Positions 12,889-24,840 of a stretch of 64,000 bases of DNA are shown here, in pieces; within the stretch, counting starts at the first letter, position 1; each line of letters opens with the position of its first letter. The notes beneath the pieces are model-generated. The model saw only the letters and a program-made list of their open reading frames with translations. It was not told where the DNA came from and did not search any database. Made by a program: the position numbers and the translations under genes. Where the stretch lies: the NCBI RefSeq assembly GCF_028641065.1, contig NC_073384.1:17422001-17486000 (forward strand), written 5' to 3'. This DNA is from Leucoraja erinacea (lineage: Eukaryota).

Positions 12889-13464
12889 CTGCCTGCGTGC
12901 CGCCTCCTCCTCCACGGTGCTGACCTGGTGGTCGCGGTGTTCCCGCAGGGCACAGACCCAGCACACGCAGCGGCGCTCGGTGCGGCAGTAGCTCTCCAGC
13001 GGCTTGCCGTGCAACGGGCAGCGGCGCAGCCCCAGGTCGCGGAGCGGCGGCGCCAGGCGGTGGTGGCGGAAGGCCGGGCTCTGTCGGTGCGGCTGCAGGT
13101 GCGCCTGGCAGTACGAGGCCAGGCACTGCAGACAGGAGCGCTCGGCCTTCAGCGGCTGCTGGCGGGGGCATGAGTCGCAGGTCACATCGCCGGGCCCGGC
13201 GGCGGCCGGCGGCGGCGCACCCTGAGCCAGACCGCACACGATCTGGGCCAGCAGCGTGCTGGTGCCGAGCCACGGCCGCGGCTCGAAGCTACGCCGGCAG
13301 CTCGGGCAGCTGCAGCCGCCGCTCTGCTGCATCTCCCAGTGACGGCCGATGCAGCCCCGGCAGAAACTGTGGCCGCACGGCAGTGTCACCGGCTCGTTCA
13401 GCAGCTCCAGGCAGATGGGGCAGGCCAGACTGTCCCGGCTCAGGGACACGGTGGCGGTGGCCAT
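12889..13464 (-). CDS. TRIM E3 ligase (TRIM25/TRIM47/finTRIM-like), exon 1: RING + B-box1 + B-box2
   Basis: ATG at 13464 (MATATVSLSRDSLACPICLELL...). C3HC4 RING CPIC..CGHSFC..C..CPSC, B-box1 CDSC..CLQCLASYC..HLQPH, B-box2 CPLH..C..CVCWVC..HRDH. 576 nt, ends CAG|GTACGG (phase 0). Lies in a CpG island. Confidence 0.95.
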
Positions 13465-13527
13465 CGCTCGGTGCACGGCCGCAGCCCCCAGCTCGGCAGC
13501 CGCCGCCGACGCTCAGCGGTTGCAGGC

Positions 13528-13537
13528 GAAAGTGAAA
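13528..13537. promoter_or_regulatory. ISRE/IRF-binding element in TRIM proximal promoter
   Basis: GAAAGTGAAA (GAAANNGAAA consensus) 64 bp upstream of the TRIM ATG, at the edge of the CpG island. Confidence 0.7.
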
Positions 13538-13707
13538 ACGGATCGGGACGCGGGCCAGGCGGCTTGCAGCGGCTCATCCCCTCCTCTCACAGCTACCTTC
13601 GCACCCTCCCCTTATTCCCCTGGTTCCAGCACACTTCATTCTCCATTTGCCCTCTCCTGCCCACCCATTCCATCCTCTCTGCCCACCCTGTCCTACACCC
13701 GTCCACC

Positions 13708-13765
13708 CAGGGGCGGATTAACCATTAAGCAGACTAAGCACGTGCTTAGGGCACCAGGGCCAAAG
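13708..13765 (+). mobile_element. hAT-like MITE terminus in the TRIM upstream region
   Basis: CAGGGGCGGATTAACCATTAAGCAGACTAAGCACGTGCTTAGGGC resembles hAT MITE ends. Contains a 16-bp palindrome at 13734-13749. Confidence 0.35.
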
Positions 13766-14357
13766 GGGGAGAGGGAAAACATGACAATAAACTCAACACA
13801 GTTGACTTGACAGCATCTGCACCCCACCCCTCACAGCGCCCCATCTCGCCCTCAAACCAAACCCTCTCCATCCCTATTCACACCCGATCCTCCACAACAA
13901 AGCATCGCCCACCGCCAAGCCCCCGTTCACTCAGCAGTCACTCCCAGCATCCTTCCCCTCACAGCCACTGGCTTCACTCCCCACACTGTTTTTTCCCCTT
14001 CCACCCTCACTCGATACACACTCACCCCACCACCCACACCCACAAACAACCCCTTGCTCCCTACCCCAGCCCTCCGAGACACTCCACTATTATGATCCAT
14101 CCACTCTCCAACTACATCCATCCTCAGCACCCCTCCCCAGTTCATAGCCCTCCATCCCCTGCACCCTACCCACTCACACACTGCCTCGTTCCATCCCCGC
14201 CTCCTACAACACCCCTAACATTCACCCTTCCCCCTCACCCCCAGCACAGCCCTCCCTGTGATCTGAGACAATCACATGTCTATGTAGCTGCAGAAACACA
14301 CGGTGTATTGGCCAGACCATTCAACGTGCATCCCCTCGAGTATTACAGCCGGTTTAG

Positions 14358-16707
14358 AATCATAGAGTGGCCCTTCGGCCCAACTTGTCCACACCGACCA
14401 ACATGTCCCATCTACACTAGTCCCACCAATCTGCGTTTGGCCCATATCCCTCTAAATTTGTCCTAACTATGTCATTGTATGAGCCAAGGACCGCCGTGAC
14501 GTGAACATCACAAAGGCCATGACTGATGCAGTTGACTGCAGGACAGATCATCGCCTCATCCGCTCCATGATGTCCATCAAACTCAAGAGGAAGAGGAGGA
14601 TTCAAAAGAAGCAGATCCGGCCAAGGCTGAACCTTGAAAGCCTGAAGGAAACTGTCACTCAGCAACGATTTCAGGCTTCTCTTGGGGAAAGCCTCCAACA
14701 GGAATATCCTGATGATATTGAAGGGCATTGGAGCCGGCTCAAATCCACCATCCTTCATACTTGTAAAAACATCCTTGGGTGCAAGTCCCGAAAACACCAG
14801 GACTGGTTTGACGAGAATGACACAGAGATAGAACAGCTCATCTCCATGATGTGAACTGCAAGGCTAAAAGAGCGGCTCACTCCAGAGCCAAGTCGGATGT
14901 CCAGAGCCAGGTGAGGGAGCTTAGGAACTCTTGGTGGACAGATAAGGCCCTGGAAATCCAGAGACTGGCAGACTCGGGTGACACCAGAGACTTCTTCAGC
15001 GCTACTAGGGCCATCTATGGTCCAAGCTACTGCGGCTAAATCCCCCTGTGCACAAAAGACGGACAAGAACTGCTGATGGACAATGAGTCCATTAACGCCC
15101 GATGGAAAGAGCACCTCCAGGAACTCCTCAACCGTGACAGCTCATCTGAACCAGACATTACCCATCACATCCCCCAGAGTCCCATCAGAGAAGACATGGA
15201 AGAACCTTCCACTATGACAGAGGTTTGAGATGCCATCAAGAGGCTTTAGAACAACAATGCCACTGGTCCAGATAGGATCCCAGCTGATATCTTAAAGGAA
15301 GGTGGACCGGAGCTCCTGTACTACATCCACGCCCTACACCTCGAGGACTGAGAAAAAGAAGAACTTTCCTGAGAACTCAGGGATGCTCTAATAGTGAACA
15401 TTTTCAAGAAGGGGGACCATGCTGAATGTGGAAACTACTGAGGGAATCTCGCTCCTGTCAACAACAGGCAAAGTCCTAGCTCGTGTCCTCGCAAACCGAC
15501 TTCTACTGGAGCCACTCCAAGAATCACAGTGTGGCTTCTGCCCATCCAGAGGTGCAGTACACATGATATTCACAGTACGACAATTCCAGGAAAATTGCCG
15601 TGAACAAAGGCAGCCTTTGTACATGGCCTTCATAGACCTAACAACGGGTTTTGACTCGGTAGCCGCCAGGCTCTTTGGAGCATACTATCAAGGTACGGTT
15701 GTCACGCCAAGTACATCAGAATATTGAGGCTTCTACATGATGGCATGTCGGTCACAGTGCTCAGCAACTGCGGCTCTGAGTCTGAGCCCTTCACTGTGGA
15801 AACGGGGGTCAAACAGGGATGCATCATCGCACCCCCCTCTGTTTGTCATCTTCATTGCTGCCATACTTCACCTCTTTGGTGAAGAGCTGCCACAGGGGAT
15901 CCCAATCCTCTACAGAACTGACGGTGGGCTCTTCAACCTTAATAGGTTGAAGGCCAAGATCAAAGTCAGTAACACCGCTATCATGGAGCTTCAGTACACG
16001 GATGGCTGCGCCATTGCAGCACACTCTGCAGAAGACCTCCAGGGCATCCTTAATGCCAAGGCATACAGAGCCATGGGCCTAGCCTTAAATATCAAGAAGA
16101 CCCAGGTCCTACATCAACATCCACCCAACCAGCCGTCTACCCAGCCCACTATAAAAGTGGACGACACCACACTTGAAAATGTTGACCACTTCCCCTACCT
16201 TGGCAGCATTCTTTCCTCAAAAGCTGACATCGACTCTGAGGTCAACCATTGCCTGAGTTGTGCCAGTGGAGTCTACGCCAGAATCAGGAAAAGAGTCTTC
16301 AAAGACCGAGACCTGAAGGCCCAAACACAACTGCTGGTCTACAGAGCCATTGTCCTCTCCACCCTGTTGCATGGGACCGAGTCATGGACCACCTACAGCA
16401 GGGACCAGAGAACCCTGGAACAATACCATCAAAGATCCTTATGAAAGATTCTGAGGATCAGCTGGGATGCACCAACATCAGAGTTTTGGACAATGCCAAC
16501 ATGACCGGCATCATCACCACAATAATGCAGCACCAACTTCGATGGACTGGCCATGTCATCCACATGTCCAACACACGTCTCCCTAAACAAATCCTGTACT
16601 CTCAATTGAAGGAAGGTTGGCAAGCTCCTTCCGTACACACTTTCCCACCACCCTTTGTGCGGAAAAAGTTACCCCTCAGATTCCGATTACATCTTTCCCC
16701 CACCCCT
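14358..16707 (-). mobile_element. Short CR1/HER1 3' fragment hosting the RTE insertion
   Basis: CR1 3'-end sequence at 14358-14470 and 16622-16707. The composite is flanked by the 11-bp direct repeat AGCCGGTTTAG (14347-14357, 16708-16718). Confidence 0.7.
14470..16622 (+). mobile_element. RTE (BovB-like) LINE fragment, degenerate
   Basis: TDHRLIRS (endonuclease end), KHQDWFDEND, GISLLSTTGKVLARVL, ESQCGF, FIDL, ELQYTD, FPYLGS, QLRWTGHV, RLPKQILY. Multiple stops and frameshifts. Confidence 0.92.
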
Positions 16708-18127
16708 AGCCGGTTTAGTCTAACCAATACTTTACCTGGTGCCATTTTCACTGATGGCCGATATTTGTGTGTGTGTGTGAGAGAGAGATTTCAGATCACT
16801 AATGTGTTGGTGTTTGAAACCCTGCGTCTCTTCATAGAGAGAGAAAGTCTACCACCTCACTACCACCGTGGTTGCAGTACGAGCACCGCCGTGGCATAGC
16901 CAGATCTCTTTACCCACAGACGAAAGGATGTGGATGGTGGTGTGTGTATCAAAGGATTTGTTTCACTTTACCGGTTGGGAGCGAGCGCCGAGCAGACCGT
17001 TCTTCCTCTAGCTGCGATGCCCGAGGAGCGCCGGCATTCTCGGCCCTTTTCGCAGAACTTGGGAAAGCTGATCTCGCACCAAAATGAGCTGAATGTGCAA
17101 AATCAAGTGGGCTGCTCAGCGAACAGCGCCGAATAATTCTCACACAGCCTCCCTCGACACATGCAGAGCTCCGTTAGCAATGTAGAAACTCCAGTGCGTC
17201 TTGTCACACACAGTGTGTTTCAGGATTGTGCTTCCGTCAACACTTAAAGCAAGTCGATCGCAGACAAACAAAACAAAAAAAAGGGTGGGCCATTGTGGCA
17301 TAACGTTATCGCGACATGAGCCGAGGTGACAAATGAACGAGCTGTGAGATGCATTTTGAGAGGGTTAACGATGCAACAACGACACGAGGAACTGCAGGTG
17401 CCGGTATCTTGAGCAAAACGCATTGTGATGGAGGAACTCAGCGAGCTAGACCAACGATCATAGAGCGGAGTAAGATGGTCCACCAAGCGAAAAAGCCGTA
17501 GTAGGTCATGGGAAAAATTTAGCGCCATCTTCGGAACCGGCTTCGCGATTACTGTCATGCTCTAGTGCAGAGTGCCCAGCGCCACGTTAGAAATGCCAGC
17601 ACCGCACATTAATGTTATTATATTAAGGCACATTAATGGGGGGCCGCTCGTGGTGAAGGAAGCTGCCTCTAGGGACAAGTCTTTGCGCTAGACAGCGCCT
17701 GTGGATGGAATGGACCGGCAACGTTTTAGATCGGGACCCTTCTTTAGACTGATTCATTCGATCTGCAGAGTCTCAACCCGAAACGTGCCTCCAAAGATGT
17801 ACAATCTGTGTGTTGGTGTATCGGACCTGTTGACTACCCACACACCGTTACCAGCTCTCCCTGTTTTCCAAGACATTGGAGGGCGCATTTGAGGACAAGG
17901 TAACGAGGAACAGAATCATCCACATCCATGAGTTTGTGGCAACGACTCAATTCACCCCTGCGAAAGTAAATTCTCACTCTGACTCTGACTCTGAAGTCAT
18001 GCCTCTAACGCGTCCCGATAACCTGTTGGCGAGGGTATCGAGATGATTCGATGTAAGACTGGTTTGGGACAAGCCGTTTCGCACTCGTGGAAGCCCAATA
18101 GGCGAGATTTAAAATTAATTCCAAGAG

Positions 18128-18212
18128 CTTTCACTTCCAATTTCTCTCCTGTCAAGCGCACAAAGAAATGAAAAAATCGCAAACCGACACATTCTGCCTA
18201 CAGAAACCGAAA
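18128..18212. promoter_or_regulatory. Candidate ETS-IRF/ISRE enhancer cluster
   Basis: CTTTCACTTCC (reverse complement GGAAGTGAAAG, EICE-like) at 18128-18138 and GAAACCGAAA at 18203-18212, in CpG-retaining, apparently non-repetitive DNA. Confidence 0.4.
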
Positions 18213-19099
18213 GAGGGCGAACTCAAATATGCTAGCGAAACTAGAGACTGCAAATGCTGGAATTTTGAGCAAAATACAATCAAAGTGTTGGAGGAAGTTA
18301 GCGTACCAGACTGCGGAAGCTGGAAGAGTTCCAACGCAAAGCGTCATCTTTCCATTTCCCAAAGGCTGATTAGCCCACCGAGTTCATAGTCATACAGAAT
18401 TAGGACATTCGGCACATCAGGACTACTACGCCATTCAATCATGGCTGATCAATCTTTCCCTCTTAACCTCATTTCTCCTTATCCCCATAACCCCTGACAC
18501 CCGTACTAATCAAGAATCTACCCATCTCTATCTTAAACATGTCCATTGACGGCCTCCACATCCTTCTGTTGCAATGAATTCCACAGATTCAGACACCCTC
18601 AGATTAAAGAAATTCCTCCTCGTCTCCTTCCTAAAGGAACATCCTTTAATTCTATGATCTCTGATTCTAGACATTCCTACTAGTGGGAGTATCCTATCAC
18701 ATACTACCAACATGCAAGTTCTGCCAGCGTTTTCAAATAAACTACAACCGTCTAATCCCAGATCCTAGTGTGACCAAGGTAAAAAAGTCCACGTTAACAC
18801 TGCTCGTCCATGTTCTTACACCCCCCCCCCCCCCCTCCCCACCACTCACCTCTCTACAGCCCCTAACACCTCTTCACCTCCAAATTTTGGCAGCCCCACT
18901 TTAAACCACCTCACCAATTGTCACCAAGGCCCATCGATTTGAAATGTCCTCTCTGAACTTCAATTCCCACTTAAAACATGAACAAATGGTTGAAGTTATG
19001 TCCATTTCTGTTTATTGCTGCTGAACCATAGAACCTTTATTGAATAAAATGCCATTTGGCCTATGGTTAAAAAAAGACTTTCCACCCCGATCCAACTTT

Positions 19100-20775
19100 C
19101 CAAGGAGTTGGAGGAATTGAGTGAAATCCAGGTTAGCCGGGAAGTGGTGTTGGGTAAATTGAATGGATTAAAGGCCGATAAATCCCCAGGGCCAGATAGG
19201 CTGCATCCCAGAGTACTTAAGGAAGTAGCTCCAGTAATAGTGGATGCATTAGTAATAATCTTTCAAAACTCTTTAGATTCTGGAGTAGTTCCTGAAGATT
19301 GGCGGGTAGCAAACGTAACCCCACTTTTTAAGAAGGGAGGGGGAGAGAAAATGGGGAATTACAGACCAGTTAGTCTAACATCGGTAGTGGGGAAACTGCT
19401 AGAGTCAGTTATTAAAGATGGGATAGCAGCACATTTGGAAAGTGGTGAAATCATTGGACAAAGTCAGCATGGATTTACGAAAGGTAAATCATGTCCGATG
19501 AATCTTTATAGAATTTTTCGAGGATGTAACTAGTAGCGTGGATAGGGGGAGAACCAGTGGATGTGGTGTATCTGGACTTCCAGAAGGCTTTCGACAAGGT
19601 CCCACATAAGAGATTAGTATACAAACTTAAAGCACAAGGCATTGGGGGTTCAGTATTGATGTGGATAGAGAACTGGCTGGCAAACAGGAAGCAAAGAGTA
19701 GGAGTAAACGGGTCCTTTTCACAATGGCAGGCAGTGACTAGTGGGGTACCCCAAGGCTCAGTACTGGGACCCCAGCTATTTACAATATATATTAATGATC
19801 TGGATGAGGGAATTGAAGGCAATATCTCCAAGTTTGCGGATGACACTAAGCTGGGGGGCAGTGTTAGCTGTGAGGAGGATGCTAGGAGACTGCAGGGTGA
19901 CTTGGATAGGCTGGGTGAGTGGGCAAATGTTTGGCAGATGCAGTATAATGTGGATAAATGTGAGGTTATCCATTTTGGTGGCAAAAACAGGAAAGCAGGC
20001 TATTATCTAAATGGTGGCCAATTGGGAAAGGGGGAGATGCAGCGAGACCTGGGTGTCATGGTACACCAGTCATTGAAGGTAGGCATGCAGGTGCAGCAGG
20101 CAGTAAAGAAAGCGAATGGTATGTTAGCTTTCATTGCAAAAGGATTTGAGTATAGGAGCAGAGAGGTTCTACTGCAGTTGTACAGGGTCTTGGTGAGACC
20201 ACACCTGGAGTATTGCGTACAGTTTTGGTCTCCAAATCTGAGGAAGGACATTATTGCCATAGAGGGAGTGCAGAGACGGTTCACCAGACTGATTCCTGGG
20301 ATGTCAGGACTGTCTTATGAAGAAAGACTGGATAGACTTGGTTTATACTCTCTAGAATTTAGGAGATTGAGAGGGGATCTTATAGAAACTTACAAAATTC
20401 TTAAGGGGTTGGACAGGCTAGATGCAGGAAGATTGTTCCCGATGTTAGGGAAGTCCAGGACAAGGGGTCACAGCTTAAGGATAAAGGGGAAATCCTTTAA
20501 AAACCGAGATGAGAAGAACTTTTTTTCACGCAGAGAGTGGTGAATCTCTGGAACTCTCTGCCACAGAGGGTAGTTGAGGCCAGTTCATTGGCTATATTAA
20601 GAGGGAGTTAGATGTGGCCCTTGTGGCTAAGGGGATCAGGGGGTATGGAGAGAAGGCAGGTACGGGATACTGAGTTGGATGATCAGCCATGATCATATTG
20701 AATGGCGGTGCAGGCTCGAAGGGCCGAATGGCCTACTCCTGCACCTAATTTCTATGTTTCTATGTTTTATGTTTC
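19100..20775 (+). mobile_element. CR1 (HER1-type) LINE, young 5'-truncated copy
   Basis: KSPGPD, NYRPVSLTS, YLDFQKAFDKVPH, GVPQGSVLGP, KFADDTKL, RPHLEYC. 3'UTR with (TCTATGTT)-type tail. Few indels. Confidence 0.96.
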
Positions 20776-22204
20776 CAGCATTAGGTCAGAGATCATTAAG
20801 GTCAAGACCACAAGAGCAGAGGTACACAACCAGGCACTTAACTGTAGATAGACAAAGTGCGGGAGTAACTCAGCTGGTCAGACAGTATCCTTGGAGAAAA
20901 AGGATGGGTGACACTTCGGGTTGGGAGCCTTTCAACACTTAACCATGTTGAGTGTTTCTGCTCCAGCATATTTTCATGCAGAGAAAGTACATGGGATGGG
21001 AGATGGTGGGATTCAGACCTTCATCATGAAATAAAAGCACAACGTGTATTCAGCAGGTCAGGTTGTGTCTGGGGAAAGGAAACACAACTGATTTTCAGGT
21101 TGAGGACGCTGCATCAGAACAATATGTTGATAACTCCAACAAAGGCACTTCAACATCTTTATCTGTTTTATATTATTTCAGATTATAATTTTGGTCAGGT
21201 GCAGGTTAAAACTTGAGAGCTGCCTCCCCAAAAAAATATATAATTATAATGCAACTAAAATTAATCTACAACATTCTACACAAGCACAATTCAAAACACT
21301 TCTCTTGAGGCTAGGACCAAGATTCATTCACAACATTGCTTCATGTACATAATCAGATACATAAATATTTTTTTCACTTCTGTGCCTTTTTTTCTGATTA
21401 GTGTTGAAATATGAATTAATACATATATACATTACAATTTATATTAATAACAAGGGTCTTAAGCAGCTTTGTCCCAAAAGTCAAATACAAATAGAAAATG
21501 TGGAAAGAGATGCAGATTCAATGTTTCAGGTAGGAACAGAACTCAACTCAGTAGGTTATTTTAAGGCATTACAGGTTATTATTATAGATTGCCAAGTGCA
21601 CGACTCTGGTAAAACCAGCTGCTATGGCAGATATAGTTTAAACTTCTTGTGTCAAATTCTCCAACAACAGCAAGCCATCTTCACAGGGCATATGACACTA
21701 AGACTGGTGGGGTATTCCAAAGGAAGCATGGTGCTGTTGGAAAGACTGCAGGCCAGCAAAGACCACTGGTGATTATCATAATCAACATATTTACTGGCAT
21801 GAACTAGTCACCAGTGGGCTTTTGGTGAAAAACACCAGATCGTGATGGCAGTACAATATTTTGAGCTCTTTGAAGGTAGCAGTCCCCATGCCTGTAACCT
21901 GGCATCTTGTTCATTCAGTGCATCAGCAACATTACAAGAGGCAAGTCTCCAGAACAGACTGACATATGACATGCCAAAGTGGACCACTGAGTTGGATTAC
22001 CACTGGAAACTGAAAAAGAGCTGGCCTGTAACATGAACTGCTTTATTGCTCATTCAATATGGTTCAGACGACGCCAGTAATACGTAACAATATAACTTGT
22101 ACTTTTGATTAATGAGGAAATGACATATAATTCAGTAATTTTACCCAACTGGCTAGAATACCAGCACAATAACCGGCGAGTATATAGGGCAAACTCTAGG
22201 TGTG

Positions 22205-23162
22205 ACAGCATTCATTACACTTTGGCAATCCAACACCATTGTCAAGTTTGCGGACGACACGACTGTGGTTGGACGTATCTCAGGAGGAGATGAGACAGCC
22301 TACAGGGAGGAAGTCCAAAGACTTGCAGCGTGGTGTTCAGACAACAACCTCATCCTAAACACCGCAAAAACAAAGGAAATTGTCATAGACTTCCGTAAGA
22401 ACAGTGCAGCCCCCAAACCCCTATTCATCAATGGGGACTGTGTGGAAAGGGTCTCAGACTTCAGATTCCTGGGCACACAAATTACGGAGGATCTCTCCTG
22501 GACTACAAACACCACCACAGCAGTCAAGAAGGCCCAGCAGCGACTCTACTTTCTGAAGATCCTCAGGAAAAACAACCTGGAGGAGAAGCTGCTGGTATCC
22601 TTCTACCGCTGCTCCATCGAGAGTGTGCTGGCGTACTGTATAACCACATGGTATGCCAGCTGCTCTGCAGCGGACAGGAGAGCCCTTCAAATGGTCATCA
22701 ACACCGCACAAAAAATCACTGGCTGCCCACTGCCCTCCCTGAAGGACATCTTCAGCTCTCACTGCCTTGGCAGGGCAGCCAACATCCTGAAGTACCCTTC
22801 CCACCCTGGACACAACCTGTTCCACCTGCTGGCCTCTGGCAGACGGTACAGGTCTTTCAAAACTCACACAAACAGACTCAGAGACAGCTTCTACCCCATA
22901 GCCATACGTGAACTTAACAATGCAAAATAAGAAATAACACTCACATTCAACTGAATGGTTCTACCTCAGCTGCTATTGTTATTTATCTGTAATTTTTTTT
23001 AAATTAATTTTTTTATTCTTTTATTTTTTTTAATATGTATATATTTTTACCTTTTCTTATATATTTAAAATTGCTCTTGTGAATCGCACCATGGGATTGA
23101 CTTTTAAATTTCATTGTACCATGTGCAATGACAATAAAGAGATTAATTCATTCATTCATTCA
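22205..23162 (+). mobile_element. Rex1/Babar non-LTR retrotransposon, 5'-truncated
   Basis: Open RT C-terminal frame KFADDTTVVGRISGGDETAYREEV...KKAQQRLYFL...FYRCSIESVL. 3'UTR has AATAAA and a (TTCA)n tail. Confidence 0.92.
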
Positions 23163-24840
23163 CTCTTCAGGAAAAAAGACTTTTGAATTTGGTCCTTAAC
23201 AATTATAGTATTATTACTTAGCATATGGCAATTTTTCCCAAGACTTGGAACAAATGCAGTGTTAGAATGGGCAGGAATTACAATCCTTGCAAAGCTACAA
23301 GGCAGGAATTAAACTACTCATGAAATAACAGGATTGTTTGGGCTTGAAAGAACAAAGAAAACATTTTCTTTAAGAGATTTGGTGCAATGAATTGAAAATA
23401 ATTATTGGTTGTTTCCTTACTTTTCATAACAAATTCGTTATAATGGATAATGACTGAATGCAAGATCTTAAGGATTAACGTGGAACTACACCTCCTGAAC
23501 ATAAGAAAAAAATAGTCACTTGCAGTTGCAGTTCCAGCATTTCGCCATTACATTGTGGCCAAGCTTGGACATTTGTAGCGCTGAACCAGAATCCTGTGTG
23601 TGAGTAGGATGTGGACACAAGCTGAGGTTGTTCCATTGTAGAAGCAGCCAACCACTTCCAAAACGTCATCTGCATGTGGTCACAGTCAATTCAGTAAAAA
23701 ACTCAATATTCTAGGCAGGGGAAATCAAAAAATAAATTAAAAACGCAGAACAAAGCAGACAGCATCTAAAGCTGAGTTAATGGTTCAAGCCAATGGCAGT
23801 ATGATGAAAGGCAGACCTGAACAGTCAACAACATTTGGGCAGCAAGGTGTGATGCAGTGGTAGAGTTAGTACCTTACAGTGCCAGAGATCCGGGTTCGAT
23901 CTTGGCTCCAGGTGCTGTCTGCATGGAGTTTGTACGTTCTCTCTGTGACCTGTGTGGGTTTTCTCCGGGTGCTCTGGTTTCCTCCCATACTCCAAAGTCG
24001 TACAGGTTTGTATGTGAAATGGCTTGGTAAAATCGTAAATTGTCCTTAGTGTGTACGGTCGTGTTAAAGTGCAGATATCACTGATCGATGAAGACTCGTT
24101 GGGCTGAAGGACCTTTTCCTGCGCTGCATCTCTTAACTGAGCTAAACTAATATCTGATGAAGATGCTGTCTGACCTATTTCCAATATTTTCCGCTTCAGA
24201 GATCCTATAGATCATTTGACACGTAGACAGGGTGGTGAAGAGGGTGTATGGCACGCTGGCCTTCATCAGTAAGGACATTGAGTATAGAAGGTGGGACATG
24301 ATATTCTAATTGTAGCATACATTAATTAAGCTGAACATGGAGTATCGTGTACAGTTTTAGACATCCTGCTATAGGAAAGTTGCCAGGAAGCTGAGAAGAG
24401 TGCAGGAAAGATTTATAAGAATGGTGCCAGGGTTCAAGGGACCGGATTATAGGGAGAGGTCTAGTACTTTAATCCTTGGTGCGTAAAAGAGACTAAGGGA
24501 TGACTTTTTGGGGGCATATAAAGTAATACAGCATGGGCTATTTTACAGAGAGATGGTACCTGGACCGCACTGGTGGTTGAAACAGATGCGTTAGTGGCAT
24601 TTAAAAGACTTTTGGATAGATATATGGACATGCAGGGAATGGAGGGATATGAATTATCTGCAGGGAGATATGTGATGGTCTTGGTTTCATTCGTCGGAAT
24701 GTGAAATTTATTGCCATTGACTGTGTTGGAGGCTAAGTTATTGAGTAATTTTAAAGCGGTGATTGATAGAACTTGATTAGTGAGGGGCATCAGAGGTTAT
24801 GAGAAGAAGGCAGGAGAACGGGATTGAGAGGGAAAATAGA

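Larger units (their letters stand above)
12880..13575. promoter_or_regulatory. CpG island over TRIM promoter and exon 1
   Basis: Very GC- and CpG-rich segment in an otherwise CpG-poor background. Confidence 0.8.

Noticed and set aside
12730-13476. ORF-track 248-aa single-exon protein
   Set aside because: It starts at a GTG and runs past the donor at 12888 into intron. The coding part is 13464-12889.
10569-14466. Long Pro/Ser/His-rich plus-strand ORFs (10569-11138, 11660-12343, 13807-14466)
   Set aside because: These are artefacts of C-rich low-complexity DNA with few stop codons; no domains or splice support.
21401-22036. LVGYSKG (lipase-like), GAVGKT (P-loop-like) and YVDYD (SPRY-like) motifs in different frames
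   Set aside because: Each is isolated and surrounded by stops; no coherent domain in any frame.
23475-23675. Minus-strand ORF with possible splice sites
   Set aside because: No recognisable homology and no neighbouring exons to link it to.
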